A stretch of DNA of 46,180 nucleotides from Catajapyx aquilonaris (lineage: Eukaryota), in assembly GCA_000934665.2 (NCBI GenBank), contig KZ538173.1:62001-108180 (forward strand). The letters run 5' to 3'. Of this stretch, positions 1 through 14,243 are shown one piece after another. Numbering within the stretch: position 1 is the first letter of the stretch; each line of letters starts with the position of its first letter. Both the position numbers and the translations under genes were made by a program. The notes below the pieces were generated by a model. The model ran no database searches and was not told the origin of the DNA. It worked only from the letters and a program-made list of their open reading frames with translations.

Positions 1-3000
1 AAACTTGGTGGTGTCCCGCACATAATCCCCGCCTTGGTGAAAACAGTTTCTCTGCCAACAAAACCACTGTTATTCTTTAGAACCGGAATTGCCAGACCTT
101 AAATCTCAGCTTTCCTTTCGGCCATGGTATATGTACCAATCCAAATAGCGCCACTTGGCTTTTACAGCCATGGTCCCGGATGTACCATCAAAGTGTCACC
201 CGACTCATATCTATAACCATAAAGGGACGCAACTTATTTTTTTGGTCCTTGTATTGCACCAATGTGGCTTTTATGTCGCAACTGAGACAACGAAAATAGT
301 CGTACCAAATTACAACTGAACCGGTTCATTAATGAACCAATTTCTACCGTGCGTGAAACCGGTTCTGGGTCCAATTAGAACGAATCGTGGACATGACGGT
401 TGAAGATTCACCTGCGGAAGGGACCACACATTCCGAGCTATGCACATTTGCATTGTTCGAGAGCGAGCAATGCAGCCTGAACGAGCACATTACAACGGTA
501 CTGTACACTACCCCTTCGGGATTCAATATGCATAAAAAAAGCACACCAGCCCCGCTGTAATCAACCGAACACCCTGGAACATCCAGGCAAAACAACTCAC
601 CAAGTTCCACTTCTATTCATACGCCTGCGAACAATAGGCTTTTGAAGCTACAAAACTAAAAAGTCACTCACAGAATAGCACAATCCCCGCACTGAACTCA
701 TGGATTAACAAGGAATACACATGGTAGGACACTGTTCGGTTTTCTGGCAAATGTGACTGAGACTCTCCCATCGCGCAGCCTCCATCATGACTCTCAGTTA
801 CGATCGAAGTATCCCCACTTCATGGTACAAAAAAAAAAAATCGAGGCGGGACGTGGATCTACCCTAAGCTCCAAATGTGGACAGCAGACCCCCAAAATGG
901 CTTAGTGCAAAAGACATCTTAGAAGAAATACAAGGAGTGGTAATACTGGAAATGACACTCACTTTGACCACCTCTTTTCAACAGACAGTGCCAGAGATAC
1001 TCGAGTAAATGAAAAGATGGCGTTTCTCAGTCTCACATCAGCTACTAACCCCCTAGCCTCAACTTCAACATGTAAAAAATATGTCATAATTTGTCCACTT
1101 CAGAGTATGTTTGATGATGGCTAATTTTCAGGTTGAAACAGTGCAATAATTTCAAAAAAGGGCGGAGTATCTCAATGAACTTTGAGGCATTGAAGGACTT
1201 CTTCACATTATATTTGAGGGGAGATAAAGGGCAAACTGGCGGCTCTTTCCGGGCGTATAATTAACCATGGAACAAATCGAAAATTTAATTACGAGGCAAC
1301 GGAGCTTCCATTCCGTCGTCTCAATGAGAGCCGACGATGATGGTTGTCATGAATCAGTAGCCATGTTCGAACTTAAGGACCATTACGTTTTTTTTAACAA
1401 CCCGTCTTAGAACCAGTGTTGGAATTATCTGGGACCAAGAGACTTGTGTTTACAGCTCCATCAAGTGTCAGCCCGCATCTTTGTAGAAGCCCGATTCTAA
1501 ATTACGGTGTGAAGAAGGGGTCAGGAAGAGAGATGGTTCAATATTCGAGCTGGGTCTCAAATGCTCTTTTTATGCCTTTCAGCTTGGGACCCTTTTTTTT
1601 TTCAGCAGGCGTTCTTCCGATTAACTTACTCTGTATATATAGACAGAAAATGTCCGGATTTAGTAGGAAAGTTGTTTGCTGCCAACGACCAGCTGATGCG
1701 CAACTTTGAAATTGAACCCCTGCTGCAAAAAGAAGGCTGGCTTAGTTTTAACGGGGATTGAAAATTATTTTGCCTGCTAACAACAACATGGAAACTTTGA
1801 GGAATATGTTTGCCATTAATATTGTAGCCTGTTCCAAAGCAATGATGTTAAATAGTTTGGGAAAGCTGGTGTACTGGATGTTCCAGTGTGACGTGTTTAT
1901 GGCCACACTTTACACATATCACATTGTATTCAATTACAATAATTATGGTTTGTATAATTGACAATAATTATGTTAACATTGAGATCATTAAATGTATCAG
2001 TGTTAGTGCTTGTTTACAGAGTAATGAGGCAATGTAATTGCTCACAATATAGAACATAATTGAATGAAATTAAATTGACACCAAAAATAGCTGATTTACA
2101 TTGCACCAATTTAATCAATTAGAAAAACACGTCGTACTTTCAGAAAATTAACAAAATTTTGAAACGCCTGCCTTTTATGTTAACCGCAAGACAAATAAGT
2201 CTCTTGGGTGGCCTACATGCCAGGATGCAAACCAGTCAATTTCTAGTCAAGGGAAAAAAGGTACTCGGAAAGGCAAAGCGATTTCCTGAAACGTAAGTGA
2301 ACCTAACCTTGTTTTAAGGGCAGCAATCTGAAGGCGGAATGAGAGTCTGCAAGGGTTAATTGGGACGGATAGGGTCCACTGCATACCCAGGGCTCCATTA
2401 TGGCCAATAACTTCCTCTGTTGCTCGCCTATAAAAAATGTGAGCTGAAAAAAGGTCCATGATTCCCTGGAGGAATAATGCAACAGAGGATCAAGCTTAGA
2501 ACTTTTATGGCAAAGCCCCTTCAGTCAGGCTTTTTTTCCTACACTATTGAAAGGGTTTGATCAATACAATTGTAATTAGCGTCTAACCATGTGAAAACAG
2601 AAAAAAGCGCACTAATGGTGCAGTTAAATTATATCAATTAATAGAATCAATTATCGTAATAATAATGAGATCTCTCGGTCTGGTGAAGAATTTCAACCGG
2701 TATAATAGGACCGAGTGTTAAATGTCCAATTATGCAGTGTTACTGAAATTTGCCAATTAATATTCTGATCATGGGATGAAGTTTTTCTCCGTCATTGGAA
2801 ATGCGGGAAGGGGGGGGGGGGGACTATTGACATAGTAAACATTCCGCTGGTAATTTATTCCGTTGCCGCGATTTACAGCCAATGAATATGCTACCATGCA
2901 GACCAAATGAAATAATATTTCCCATAGTATATTGACCGTTCGCTTACATTCCATTTGTATATTTCAGTGAATTCAAGGGATCTATGCATATAATTTTTAT

Positions 3001-5826
3001 GATGATTCCAGACAATGACATAAATGTGCAAATATGATACTGTATTTATGAATAGTGAGCTGGGGTCTCCTTATGTGCTTAGAGTGCACATACTTCACAG
3101 CAATTATGCAGATGAATTTATGGACGACATGAACTACTCCAGTGCAGTGGAATGAACACCTACACTCGACGGTCCACCTACACTCTCTAATTACCTGAAT
3201 TATATGCATTTGGTAACTGTAATCAAGCAGAGCAAGTTGAAGCAACGAAATATACGCTAGTAGTAGATGGAGTTCTTGCAACCCTTTCCCTCTACGCCCA
3301 ACGATGCGCAAGGGAACCATTTTCAAATTGCATTTCAACCCTCCCTACGAGTGATCCCTACAGCGATATGGGATCCCCCTTCTCAGGAAAACCCTTTTCC
3401 AGGAGGAGGGGGAGGCCAGAAGGGTCTGCAAGTGTCACTTATCAGTGGGTCTACTTGATGGAACGCTTTGCACTCAACTTCAGAAGACCTGGGAAAAATG
3501 ATCCCGACAAGTTGGTGCCACGTCCCTTCAGCTAGGAATGGTATTTGTCTTGCAAAATGTTATCTTTCTCGAGGAGTGAGCTCTATTCGGGGGGTAATGT
3601 AGTGGCTTGGCAGAAGTTAGACTTGCTGCTTGCTGTTCACAAGAGTTATATGCCTTGAGATTCCCAACATGTTTGCACATGGTGTGTAAAAGTTCTTTTA
3701 AATATTTTTATAGTGTTTTTGTACTATTCATAAAATATTATCCTACGAGTAAATTGATCTCAGAATTTGCATTACACTATGACTAGACTGAAATGAAAAG
3801 GTGAATGACCTCCTGCAAAAGACGACCCTCATCTCATTTCTTGCTTCAAAAGTCCAGAAACGTACTACACTACATTTTCCACCCTAAACCTGCTCTATCC
3901 AGGTTTTGTGTTTGCAACCACCCGCCTACACCCACGCTCATAAATTAGAGAGCACTGTTGTGTCCGGGACATTACGTGCTCACTTTACGGCCGACTCTTA
4001 ACCAAACTCTGCTGCAGGTGGGACCCGATAGAAAAATCTTCATTCTGAGGACATGGAGGCTATGGGGGTGGATGGAGCCGGAATGAGAGAGGATTCCGTC
4101 TGGCACTACCCCAACGGGGAAAAAGCTCGGTTACACTGCTCTTTTAATGAGGCAAACAGCTGTCGGAAAGAAATGGCGGTCATTTCAAATTGGACCAAAA
4201 AACACCTCACTTTTATTACACAGGGTGCTCCAACACCCGCGTAGAAAATGGTTCACTCCAACTAATGAACATTCGGAGAAATCTATTAGCTATATTGTAT
4301 CTGCAGATTTGAAGCGGTAATGGCCGTCAAGTGCACCATAACTGTTTACAGACGACTGAAAAAAAAAAACTGAAGCAATCAAACAGATTGATTCTGAAAC
4401 CCAATCCAAAGAACCCATCCGTTCTAACGACTTTCTTCGCTTGAGAAAATCCATTCCATAATCTTTGACCTCGGCTCATTGCAGGGTCCCGGAAGCCAAT
4501 TGGCAAATGCTAATGCATCTTTGCCGAGTCCACAACCTTAGCTTTCACGCTGATTTTTTTTTTTTTTTTGCGCTAGAAATCGCGATGCCATCAATCCATC
4601 AAAGGCGTCGGAGTAAATGTACCAGGCTCGGTTCTAGAGCTGCTAAAACGAGGGAAAGAGTATCACTTGGAAGAGAGCTTTGAATTACTCTGGAGGAATT
4701 TATGTGGAGGTTTTAAGTCTAATTTTTCACTCACGACTAGTAGCGTAAAAGTGCTGTGGACTGTAAATAACAGAACTAGTACGAAAATGCTGGGGGATTT
4801 TAACAATTGGTTGCATATGCTAAATATGTGGATTACTTGTGTCACATATTCAATACAGTGTGGGACTCAAACTCTGACAGTTCTTTTTAATATTCCATGA
4901 AGCACTGTATAACTGGATTAACTGATTTACAGTTCTCTTTGATGTTTTGCTTTCTAGTTATACTGAATATTTAAATTAGCAGAGAGCTGAATTATGACTC
5001 AACTAGAGTCCGAAAAAATGATCCACACTGTCATACAGATATTTAACGTTTTCACATTCAATTTACTGCACTCTCCCCAGATGTGGTACAGTTTATCCAT
5101 CATTTATCACACGCTATTTCTGCTCTACAGAACTGAACAAAATTACCCCTTTAAAAAAGCAAACAACCATTTTTACCCTAGATATGATTAAAATCCTCAA
5201 CCACATCACAAAAAAGCAGCGGACCTCTGAATACCACAACCTACATGTTATCCTAAAATTCAACAGTTATCCACACCAGCTGGGACTCCCCTAGGGCCCT
5301 ACATGGAGGTTGGTTTTCAGCCTGCAAAACTCCCCCGAAACTGCAAGTTAAGTTCGCCACGGCCTGCATCCTACAATTAGCCAATAATTTACACTCCCCC
5401 CTCCACTCCGCCCAAGTGTCCTAAATCTCATCCAGTCTCGGGCCTATCGCCAACCAAACCCTCTTCTTACTAGGTCCCCCTCTTTTCCTCCGTTGCCTGT
5501 AGAGCAAAACCCTCACTATTCCGCAGGCTCAATCGATATATTGGAAGACCTCCAGACTCCAGAGAGGTCTGGGGGACTTTGCTTAACGTCTTCCACAGGA
5601 AAAGTAGAGTTGTAGAGGTATGGTACATATGTTGCTTTTGATGACCACCATTAAGAAAAATGGTGGATATGTCGATCTGAATTGGCAGTCTTGGTTATTA
5701 ACTTAATCTGGGTGTGGCAGTCCAATTTTTGTGAAAATTTATAGAGGCTGCCAGATGGTGTAAGGCGAGGTGTAGCATATATTTTGCATTCGAGAAATTG
5801 GGGGCGTTCTCAGCAGTTTTTTTTTT

Positions 5827-5846
5827 NNNNNNNNNNNNNNNNNNNN
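5827..5846. other. Assembly gap (20 N) after a poly-T run
   Basis: Run of N; a single N also lies at 22039 in a poly-C tract. Confidence 0.98.
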
Positions 5847-8800
5847 GATGACGTCAGGGTTTGGGGCATATAAAGGGAAAAAGTTTCATGAAAGTGGCTT
5901 GACCGATATTTTATATGGAGAAGGTCGATTCGATCGTAATTCGGAAGGTCAGCCATTATGTTGCTTGCCTGTGTTGTAATTGTGTGGATGGAGTGATTGA
6001 GACACTTTCAGGCCATACTGTAAGAACAAAAAAATTCCATTTACAAATTGAAAAATAATAACATTGAATTTATAGATTCTTCAGTATATGCCAGACTATT
6101 GGAAGCCCTAAGTGCATTCCCGGGCATGCAAGTCCCGGAGAGCTTGCAAATTGCGCCTTGTTTCTCAGCTTCCCCCCAATGCTTTTGGTAGTAACGACTG
6201 GTCTGATTAATTTATTACTCCCTTCGGAAACAATCAAAGTGCTGATTAAATTTTCACGCGCTGTTCCTCTAGTCACACTGACGTCATAATTGCACACCAC
6301 AGGATTTTGGCGTATCTCGGGTGCAATAGGAAGTTCACCCATGTGAATAAAACAGAGGGGTTGAGTAAATTTGGGATGGTGACTCATAATGGTGTGAAAT
6401 ATGCATGAAAGTATTAGAGCCGTTCATTATCATTACAATACATTTTCATTAATTAGTCTGTCGGTGAAGTTAATGTTTGTGCTGAAGATAGACGAAGAAT
6501 TCCACTGATCTTGTCGTCAAAGTGAAATAGGGAATGTGCCACATAATCATGACAACAAAACCAACCACATTCGAGACCTGAGGCTACGACCGACAAACGG
6601 TACATCTACTTAAAGGTGGTTAATGCGTGCTTTGAACGGTAACGGTTGTCTCGCATGGTAGTAAGTTCGTTGGGGGTACACAGACAATAGAGCGCAACCA
6701 GGGTCGTTCAATGTTGCCCTTGGGCATGAACTTTGGCTGGAAGTGTAAGTTTTCTTATTAAACTTCTCCTCACAAAATTCCAAATCTCATGAAGTTTTCA
6801 AAGAATACAGTCTGTTAAAAAGAACCGCGACTAGTGGAAGTGCCAAAAGCAAATGTCCACAATTCATCAGAAAATAATGCAAGAACGATACCAAAAAACC
6901 ACAAATCCTTTCATTCCAATTAATGTAACCATATTTTTTTATTCAATTAATAATTATTGGCAACTACATATAATACGGAAATTAGATAATACAGTATTTA
7001 ACCAGCAGTGAAATTAACATCAAACAGAACCGAGTATTCCTACAAAAAATAAATGGCAAATTAGCATGTTTCAAAACACCCACCATAATTTCCCACAATT
7101 ACGCATAACTGTCACATGCAACGACTACGCGCTGCATACATGCAACGTGAAGACCATCTGTCACTTGCAACCGGAATATACGGCCCAACCAAAAATTAAT
7201 TCCAGCCCTGCATTTACCCACTAATGCACCCAAATAGGTTCCCATAACCAACACGTTGACCCACTAACATAGTAAGAGCATAGTCATTAGCTCATAGGTA
7301 CTAGGGTACTCTTCAACGTTGGAATGAGATATCGGCCGAATTAATGCCAAGCAATAAATAAAATGTAGCAGTTTGCCACCGGAACCTCCTCTCTCTGGAA
7401 GCTAAAATAGCAGTCTGGCCCCCCAAAACCAATGAGTAATGCTGCGTTATGGGGCACATCAACTATGGGAAACAATTGTTCACTAGGCGTTTTGAACAGG
7501 TTCAGCGGCTCAAAATGAATCGATGTCTGGATTAGCGGCCACCGGTTATCAAGTTAGAACGATACGCGACTTTGTATCCATGGTTGGCACCGGTCCTGAT
7601 AATTAACACCTGGATTAACCTCAATTGCGTGATTTATCGCTTATCACCATTTCATTACCGAGGTCAAATCAATTTCAGGCGATAGCAAAAATGTTTCAAA
7701 AATGCGCTTTGGTAGCGATTATTTCTGTAAAAAGAAGGTGTGGTTTCGACATTACATGTCTTCTTCAGAAAACCTGCATCCCTCCCATAGCACGTACTAA
7801 AAGCAAGCGAAATGTAATATATTCCCTGAGCCTATTTATTATTCCATTAGGTTTTAGCCTCCCTTGCGCACAATTCACGCCGCCGTCGGCAATTTGTCGT
7901 GTCATCTACTCGTGCCCCTAACTTCTCATATTCCGTATTGATCTGACTCTCTGAATGGATGCTGAGGCTTCTAACAAGCCAAGTGAAAAAATATCTCCTA
8001 CCCTCTTCATGATTTGCAGTCAGCAAATGATGGCTCAAATTCAAATTTCAAAAGAATATGCCAAATTTAATTGCATATTCATGCTGAAGTCATACATAAT
8101 TTTGTAAATGGAGTGCAAATATGCACTCTGCTTCATGTTTATCTTTCGGAGTTTTGGAGCACTGTACGCGGATACGGCTCTGCATTGACTAAATGCAAAT
8201 GCTCATATAACCACAACCTTACAATTCCACATGAAAGAGGCCGCATTCTCCATGTTCCGCTTTCCTCCTCCTTTCATATCTAACTCACCATAAAGATAAA
8301 GGTCTTTTTCCGTCTACCAGCCCGCGTAATCTACTCCATTCACGTTTGCGTCTTTCGACACAATAGAAGCAAGTGTCTAACTCCATCTCCTTTGGGGGGA
8401 TAGCTAAACCTTGTTCGTCCTAGCATATATACTAGATTGTTCCCCGTAGGTAGCCACCTGCATCCGGGATCTATTGTTCACGGGTAGCTAAAATTGGGCA
8501 AAATCCAGCTTCCATCAAGGTACATAATCCTCCACTTCACTAGGCTGCCTCAAAAGCGAATATTATCTTTGCATACGGAAGGATTGCAATGCCACTTTCT
8601 ATACTAAGATGAAACCAGTTCCAGGATGCGATATATCTGATTTCGTAATAGGAGAATCAATCATATTAAAATCTGGACAGTTTTATGGCACGTGGTTTTG
8701 AATGACAAATGTACGATGTTCCTTGGTTGTTATTGGATCCAAAATGGCATACTGCAGATTTAGCGGAGGGCATTGAGGTCTGAAAATGACATGAGGATGT

Positions 8801-9899
8801 TCCGTTATGCAGGGACCAAAATGGGCAATCTGGCTGAAATCATTTACCTGATTGTTCGATGTAATGGCCAATTCATAAAATTTTCCTACCGTTGTAAATA
8901 ATGCAGGAGCTGACCGTAACGTTGCAATTTGGCTTCTATTCGTACTAACTAGTTCGGTCTTTTTTGCTACGATTATAATCAAAATTTTTGGCCGCAATGT
9001 TAGCAGTTATACCACAACGATTATTTATCGATGACAAATTAATATTTACAGCATCGGTTCGGCGGTACGCATTGCACAATCCAGCACCTGCGTCCATGTA
9101 ATCCCATCCAGATTAGGATCCATCTCAGCTTCCACAGAACTTCTCTCAAAACCTCAATTATACCTGGTGAAATGACAGCCACCTTTAAAGTCCAGCCTAG
9201 AGCCAGCTTGGGGAATAGGGATAAACGCGACGGATTACACGCCATTCGGGCTCGGTCTAGCTCCAGAGGACTTCACATCGTAAAGGAACACGTAATATCC
9301 CTCGTATAATGTTACGCAGTGCAAAGCCACGCAATTACAGGGTTACAACTATCCGCAATATCGAGCCCTAGTCTTGACTTGGGGTTGCGGCTAGTTCGAT
9401 CCTGTAGGTGCACTATGGCCGTGAATTAAGTCGCAGGGAGCCAAGTTCTTTGCAATTCAAACAAGGTGCCATCAAGTTCCCCAAGTCTCTCTAGAGAAAC
9501 GGGTCGGGGATAAAGACGAGAGCAAACAGACAGAGGAGCCAAAGTCTATGGTTTTGAGGCCATTCTGCAGCAGCCGACATATAAACCGCGGCTCGGTTGA
9601 CGGAGAGGAATATGGATCGTGACCCGTTCATTTTTCTAAACTAAAATCCACCTGGCACTCTCGATTTTACATGCCAGGGGGGGTCACAGTGCTGCTAATC
9701 TACTTACTCATAGTCGGTGTGGGAAGGTATCACTGCTTCTCTAGGGCGTAATAGTAATTATGTCAGATTACCAAGTGGTTAGTGGCATGTAATTTTGTGT
9801 GAATTATGATTAACCTAGTTCACACACAATTAGAGTGTGTGGCTGAAATTTTACACAAAAACATGTAAACAAGTACACTTTCGATTCGGTACAAAAATA

Positions 9900-10685
9900 G
9901 GAAAGTCTATCGTTTATCCGCACATAGCGACGCGGTGCTTCAAACATGTTGGCTACGCGTCGCAAACAACCGGTTGCCGGGAGAGCACAACAAAGGGCGT
10001 CTTTTACCCCTGCCACGCGAACCGTTCAGACGAGTGATACTAGGACCACAGTATTAATGAAGGAGGTGGGTAATATGAAAGCCATGATGGTTGCGCTGCA
10101 GTCCGTTAACCCAAAGAACGATATGATGTCACACCAGCCGTGTTTTCTGAGCGTGTGCAGCAGTATGCCTGCAGAGTGAGTCGTGGGCATGATTGGAGGG
10201 GAGAGCCGGCGGGTGGTGGCGGGCGGAACTTGGCGTCATGTAGTTCGTTGGTTTAACGGACTGTGTGAAGGTGTACTTCGCGCTTGGCAAAGCCACAATA
10301 ATGTTCGTTGGCCTGCGGCGCCACAAGACGGACAGTAAATGTTGCGGATACAGAAACCCACAATAAGCGCCCAGCTCCGCTATCGCTCCGCAAAAACTAA
10401 AAATATCACGCACGGGCGACGTACCGTGCCTGGCAGGGCCACAACAATGTACAGTACTGTTGCGGTAACAAAAAGCCATACAGCAATACCAAGACAAAGG
10501 GCTGTTCCATCCACTTAATCACCTCAAAATCCCGAATTGAATCCCCGAAAGCCCGAAAAGAAAAATAAAGCACAGTTCCATGTAACCATGCAGCAGTATC
10601 AATAGGCACCCGATTGTTTGCGACGCAACGTTGCCAACCGTCGGGAGGCCTTGTTGTTAACGTGCGGATAAACAATAGCTTATCC
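9900..10685. mobile_element. Non-autonomous DNA transposon, 786 bp, about 80-bp imperfect TIRs, exact 8-bp TSD (Merlin-, Mutator- or hAT-type geometry)
   Basis: Left arm 9900-9978 and right arm 10605-10685 are inverted. 9907-9923 matches revcomp 10662-10678 at 16/17, and 9957-9978 matches revcomp 10605-10626 at 20/22. The element starts GG and ends CC. CAAAAATA lies directly on both sides (9892-9899, 10686-10693). The interior is CpG-richer than the flanks. No transposase ORF. Confidence 0.8.
10099..10263 (-). mobile_element. MITE copy A (165 bp), nested in the 786-bp element; probably Tc1/mariner superfamily
   Basis: 21-bp TIRs cagtccgttaacccaaagaac and revcomp cagtccgttaaaccaacgaac (19/21); flanked by TG on both sides; homologous to 43083-43199 in the opposite orientation. 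Confidence 0.8.
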
Positions 10686-13600
10686 CAAAAATATGATGCC
10701 TGTAATTGTTGTACTGTTTGGGGTCTGTAGAACAAAATTCAAATTTACCAATTCTCGGACCAATCTTATTTAGAGCTAATGACTAGTTTACTTCTTCAAA
10801 GAATACCTGTACCTCGGTTGCAACTAAGTATGCATTGGCCCCAAGGCTTTCCCTCAAGTTAATAAACATTATAAAATTTATTGCATATTCAAAAGCTCTC
10901 CAGGCATTATACGCAGCAGACTTACGAAATTTATATCACAATAGAACAACAATCATTTGCTGTAGTTCATATTGGATCATTATTTTTGGGATTAGGTCCA
11001 AAAATTGAAATTAATCTCTAATAGAGCTCAGAATTTAATAGTGTGACTGGGCAAAGCAAATTTGTAAAATAAACTACAAACTAAAAAAACAACACATAAT
11101 AGCTCAAAATATGAGGAGGAACTGGGCTCTCGTGATATTTACTTACTGAACTAGTGTATAGTCTGTCGTAGCAATCCAATATCTCTCAACACTACTTCAG
11201 GTAGGCTACAGTACGACTCTGCTGTTTTGTGCACGTGCTTCAAACTCGACTGTTGTTTTCTCCCCGTCATTCTCCTCAGGGCCTTCTAACTTTAGACTCT
11301 CAATTGAGTCAAATTATGCAAGAGTAGGTAGTGGGTCTAAATATAAAGGCCTTCTCTAGCTGACGCCTTCCGGCAAATGTTCCATATATACCTGCTCAAT
11401 AAATCTGACTTGCTGAGCGCGGCTCGTTTTCCAGGTTGTCACGCCGAATGAAAAATGTCGCATTCATCTCTAATACAAACAGCAACGTGTGCTGATGTGT
11501 TCAGTGATATTTCAACTATGATGTACGGGAGAGAGTTATACTCAAATGCGTTGTTATTGATCAGGTACCTTTATGACGTCAGTGTTTATGTGACACCATT
11601 AAATTGTTATTGTCAACAGGTATTAATTATAATTTGTGCCAGGGAAGTGCATTAGAAATTAATGACTCCAACAGCTTATGCGTGAAATGCAAATTTACTG
11701 CCCCGATAACTATTCACTCAATTATAAATGTTGGCGTATACGACGGTATCATTTTGTTCAAAACGCTTTTGAGAAATATGATACTAGATTTAGTTGACAA
11801 TATTAATTAATGGGCAACTGACAACCTTTATTTACAAGTGAGTAATTTTGTCAAGGTTTTTCAAATCTCTTTGCTTGACCCAATTTGCAGCAAAATCAAG
11901 CAAATTAAATTTACATGTGAAATCTTCATGCGAGTACCATTCAACAGTGTGACACACAGAAAGAACAGGCATTCGACACAATATCCAGGATACTTACAAT
12001 GAGGCCATTTTGTTTCGCTCACATCGTAAAGGATAGGGTACACAAAGAGCGTAGCCAGGCTTGAAAATATCTTTTCGCTTAACATTCAGACTCGAAAGCG
12101 TCGCTTGAAGAACGAATACGGTTTTCGCGGAGGTTGCATCGGAGGATCCGTCGTAACAAAATTCGATCTGGGCCACTGACTCCTCTCTCCATCCGGCATA
12201 ATTTATCCTTTTCCTCTACCCTTTGACATCCCAACAATGCCCACACGCCTGCACCCTTCTCATCCAGCCCAGGCGGAAATTTCTTCATTTTTTTTTTTTG
12301 TTACTTTCAAGCTCCGCTAGAAAAATGCCAGAAAATCTTCTCTGTTTACATTTAAATCCACTTTAACAAAGCATTTTTCACAAACAAAGCTGTATTGACT
12401 AACTTCTGCTTAGTCTAACCATAAAAAAGCACCGCGAATCTCATCTCAAGCCGTCTCAAGCAGGAGAGGGTTCTACAAACACCACAAAAACCTGACTCAA
12501 AATAGTGCACAAAATAGACATGAAAGACCCTGTACTGGTTTTATGAATAAAAAGTAAATATGACAGCATAAAGTGAAAAGCTGTATTTAAATTGTTAGTT
12601 AAACTGAAACTAACTTATCTACAATCAAATGAAATTCCTCCTGCATTTCATTCTCATTGGCCGATTCGCTCTTAGACATTCCGCAAATCCTGCTGTACTT
12701 AACCTGTCTGTACGTGACAGCTGCAGGATTAACGTCCATACAATGCAGCAGATCTTGCGGAGGTTCTCCATAGAATCAGCAGTCTTAGAGTACCTGAGAG
12801 CAAGGAAAATACATTCCAAGCCTATAGGATCAATTCTCTCCTTTCCGCACCTCTGGGGGATTTAGGCTAGAAGTGAGGTCCAAATGGCATCTCTTGAGGA
12901 ACCAAACAATCGACATTGATGAGGAGGAGAGGGGTGGTGGGGAGTTCAAAGTCCCAGGAGTGGGCCTTCCAATTACAAGACCCGTCGAAATGAGAGCAAT
13001 TTACCCCGCCCCCGCTTTTCTACTAGCTTCAAGTTTTGGGAGGGCCAATTGAGCAATCGTCTACTGGACTGGCGAGATTTTACCAATTTCCACCCACTTT
13101 TACCTAGTACAAACTTGTCCGCTTCTTCTAATCGTGAAGTTCAATTGACCATGGAAGACAAGGCGACCAATTGGAGTAGAAGTGAATGACGTTGGTGGGT
13201 GGTCTGAATTAAAAGTTTGGGGCCTTTCTTGTGGTGCCTGGGTTCGATCTTGTGTAAAAATCTATATTTCCCGCGTTGGGGAGAACAAACCGCGTTCCGG
13301 GAACTGGAGCGTTTCCACTTGTGGCGCACTGGGCACCACGGGCTTTTATCAGTGCAACCCGAGTTGGGGATGTGAGATTCTGTGCGGATCGATCCATGAA
13401 GAAGCAGCTTCTGGAAACGCTCTGGGTATTATCTGAACTCAGATGAGGGTCCAAGCAATATTACACAACAATGGCCACAACTCTTATTTTACAATTCTCA
13501 TAATACAAGAGGAGTAAATAATATTTTATGAACTGGTCAAAGCTGATATTCATACAATGAAAATTTTAAAAATGTGTATTAATTAATATAAATTTGACAA

Positions 13601-14214
13601 ATATTAATAGTAAAATACTCTACGTGGAGACCATACAACGTTGAGATATAATTTTATTTATTTAATGCCAATTTAAACACAATGATATTTGTACTCCAAG
13701 AGCTAATTTGTGGAGTGTTAGATTTTAAGATAAAGGCAACAGTTGCATTGGTATCCAAACCTTGCAACATCGCTAATGGACCTGTCGTTGTAAAAGACTG
13801 GATGGCCAGCATTTCCACTCCGGGGAGAGGCATTAGGGCAGACCTATTTTCAACATCTGACTACCCCGGTTACCCTTTATCAGCCTGTAAAAGTCCTCCA
13901 TATAAGTCCTGATCCCACGAAACCCCCACAGGGCAGATTCCTTTATCGCCAAACCCATATACATTTCCATTCAGGTTTCTACGCTGTTGCAGTTTCCAAT
14001 CGTAGAAGCGTCGTACCCTATACGATCAGCGGTAATAATCAAACCCGCGAAATCTCGATAGACGTGGGTTATCTCCAACTTTTCACTCGAGTGGATTAGG
14101 CTTCCAGGAAAAATGGCGGCTTCTATAACAAGCTTTCTTTCCGGACCATAACGATCGCTGGTTTTCTTGGGTTTGGAGGATAAGGAGAAACACGGACATG
14201 GAAAATGGAGTGTT

Positions 14215-14243
14215 GGGGGGAGGGGGAGGGTTAGAGAGGGGGG
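14215..14243 (+). other. G-quadruplex motif
   Basis: gggggg-a-ggggg-a-ggg-ttagaga-gggggg fits (G3+N1-7)3G3+. Confidence 0.55.

Noticed and set aside
317..365. Overlapping short palindromes tgaaccggttca and ggttcattaatgaacc
   Set aside because: Could be a repeat subterminal motif or Grainy head sites, but too short and with no partner end
10010..10735. Minus-strand ORFs with hydrophobic stretches reminiscent of amino-acid transporters (VRDIFSFCGA...GFLYP; DIISFFGL...MAFILP)
   Set aside because: They lie in different frames and run through the MITE and the TIR of the 786-bp element, so the DNA is better explained as non-coding transposon sequence
13190..13255. tRNA/SINE-like B box (GGTTCGATC); similar strings near 9395 and 30676
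   Set aside because: No cloverleaf or properly spaced A box, and the sites share no flanking similarity
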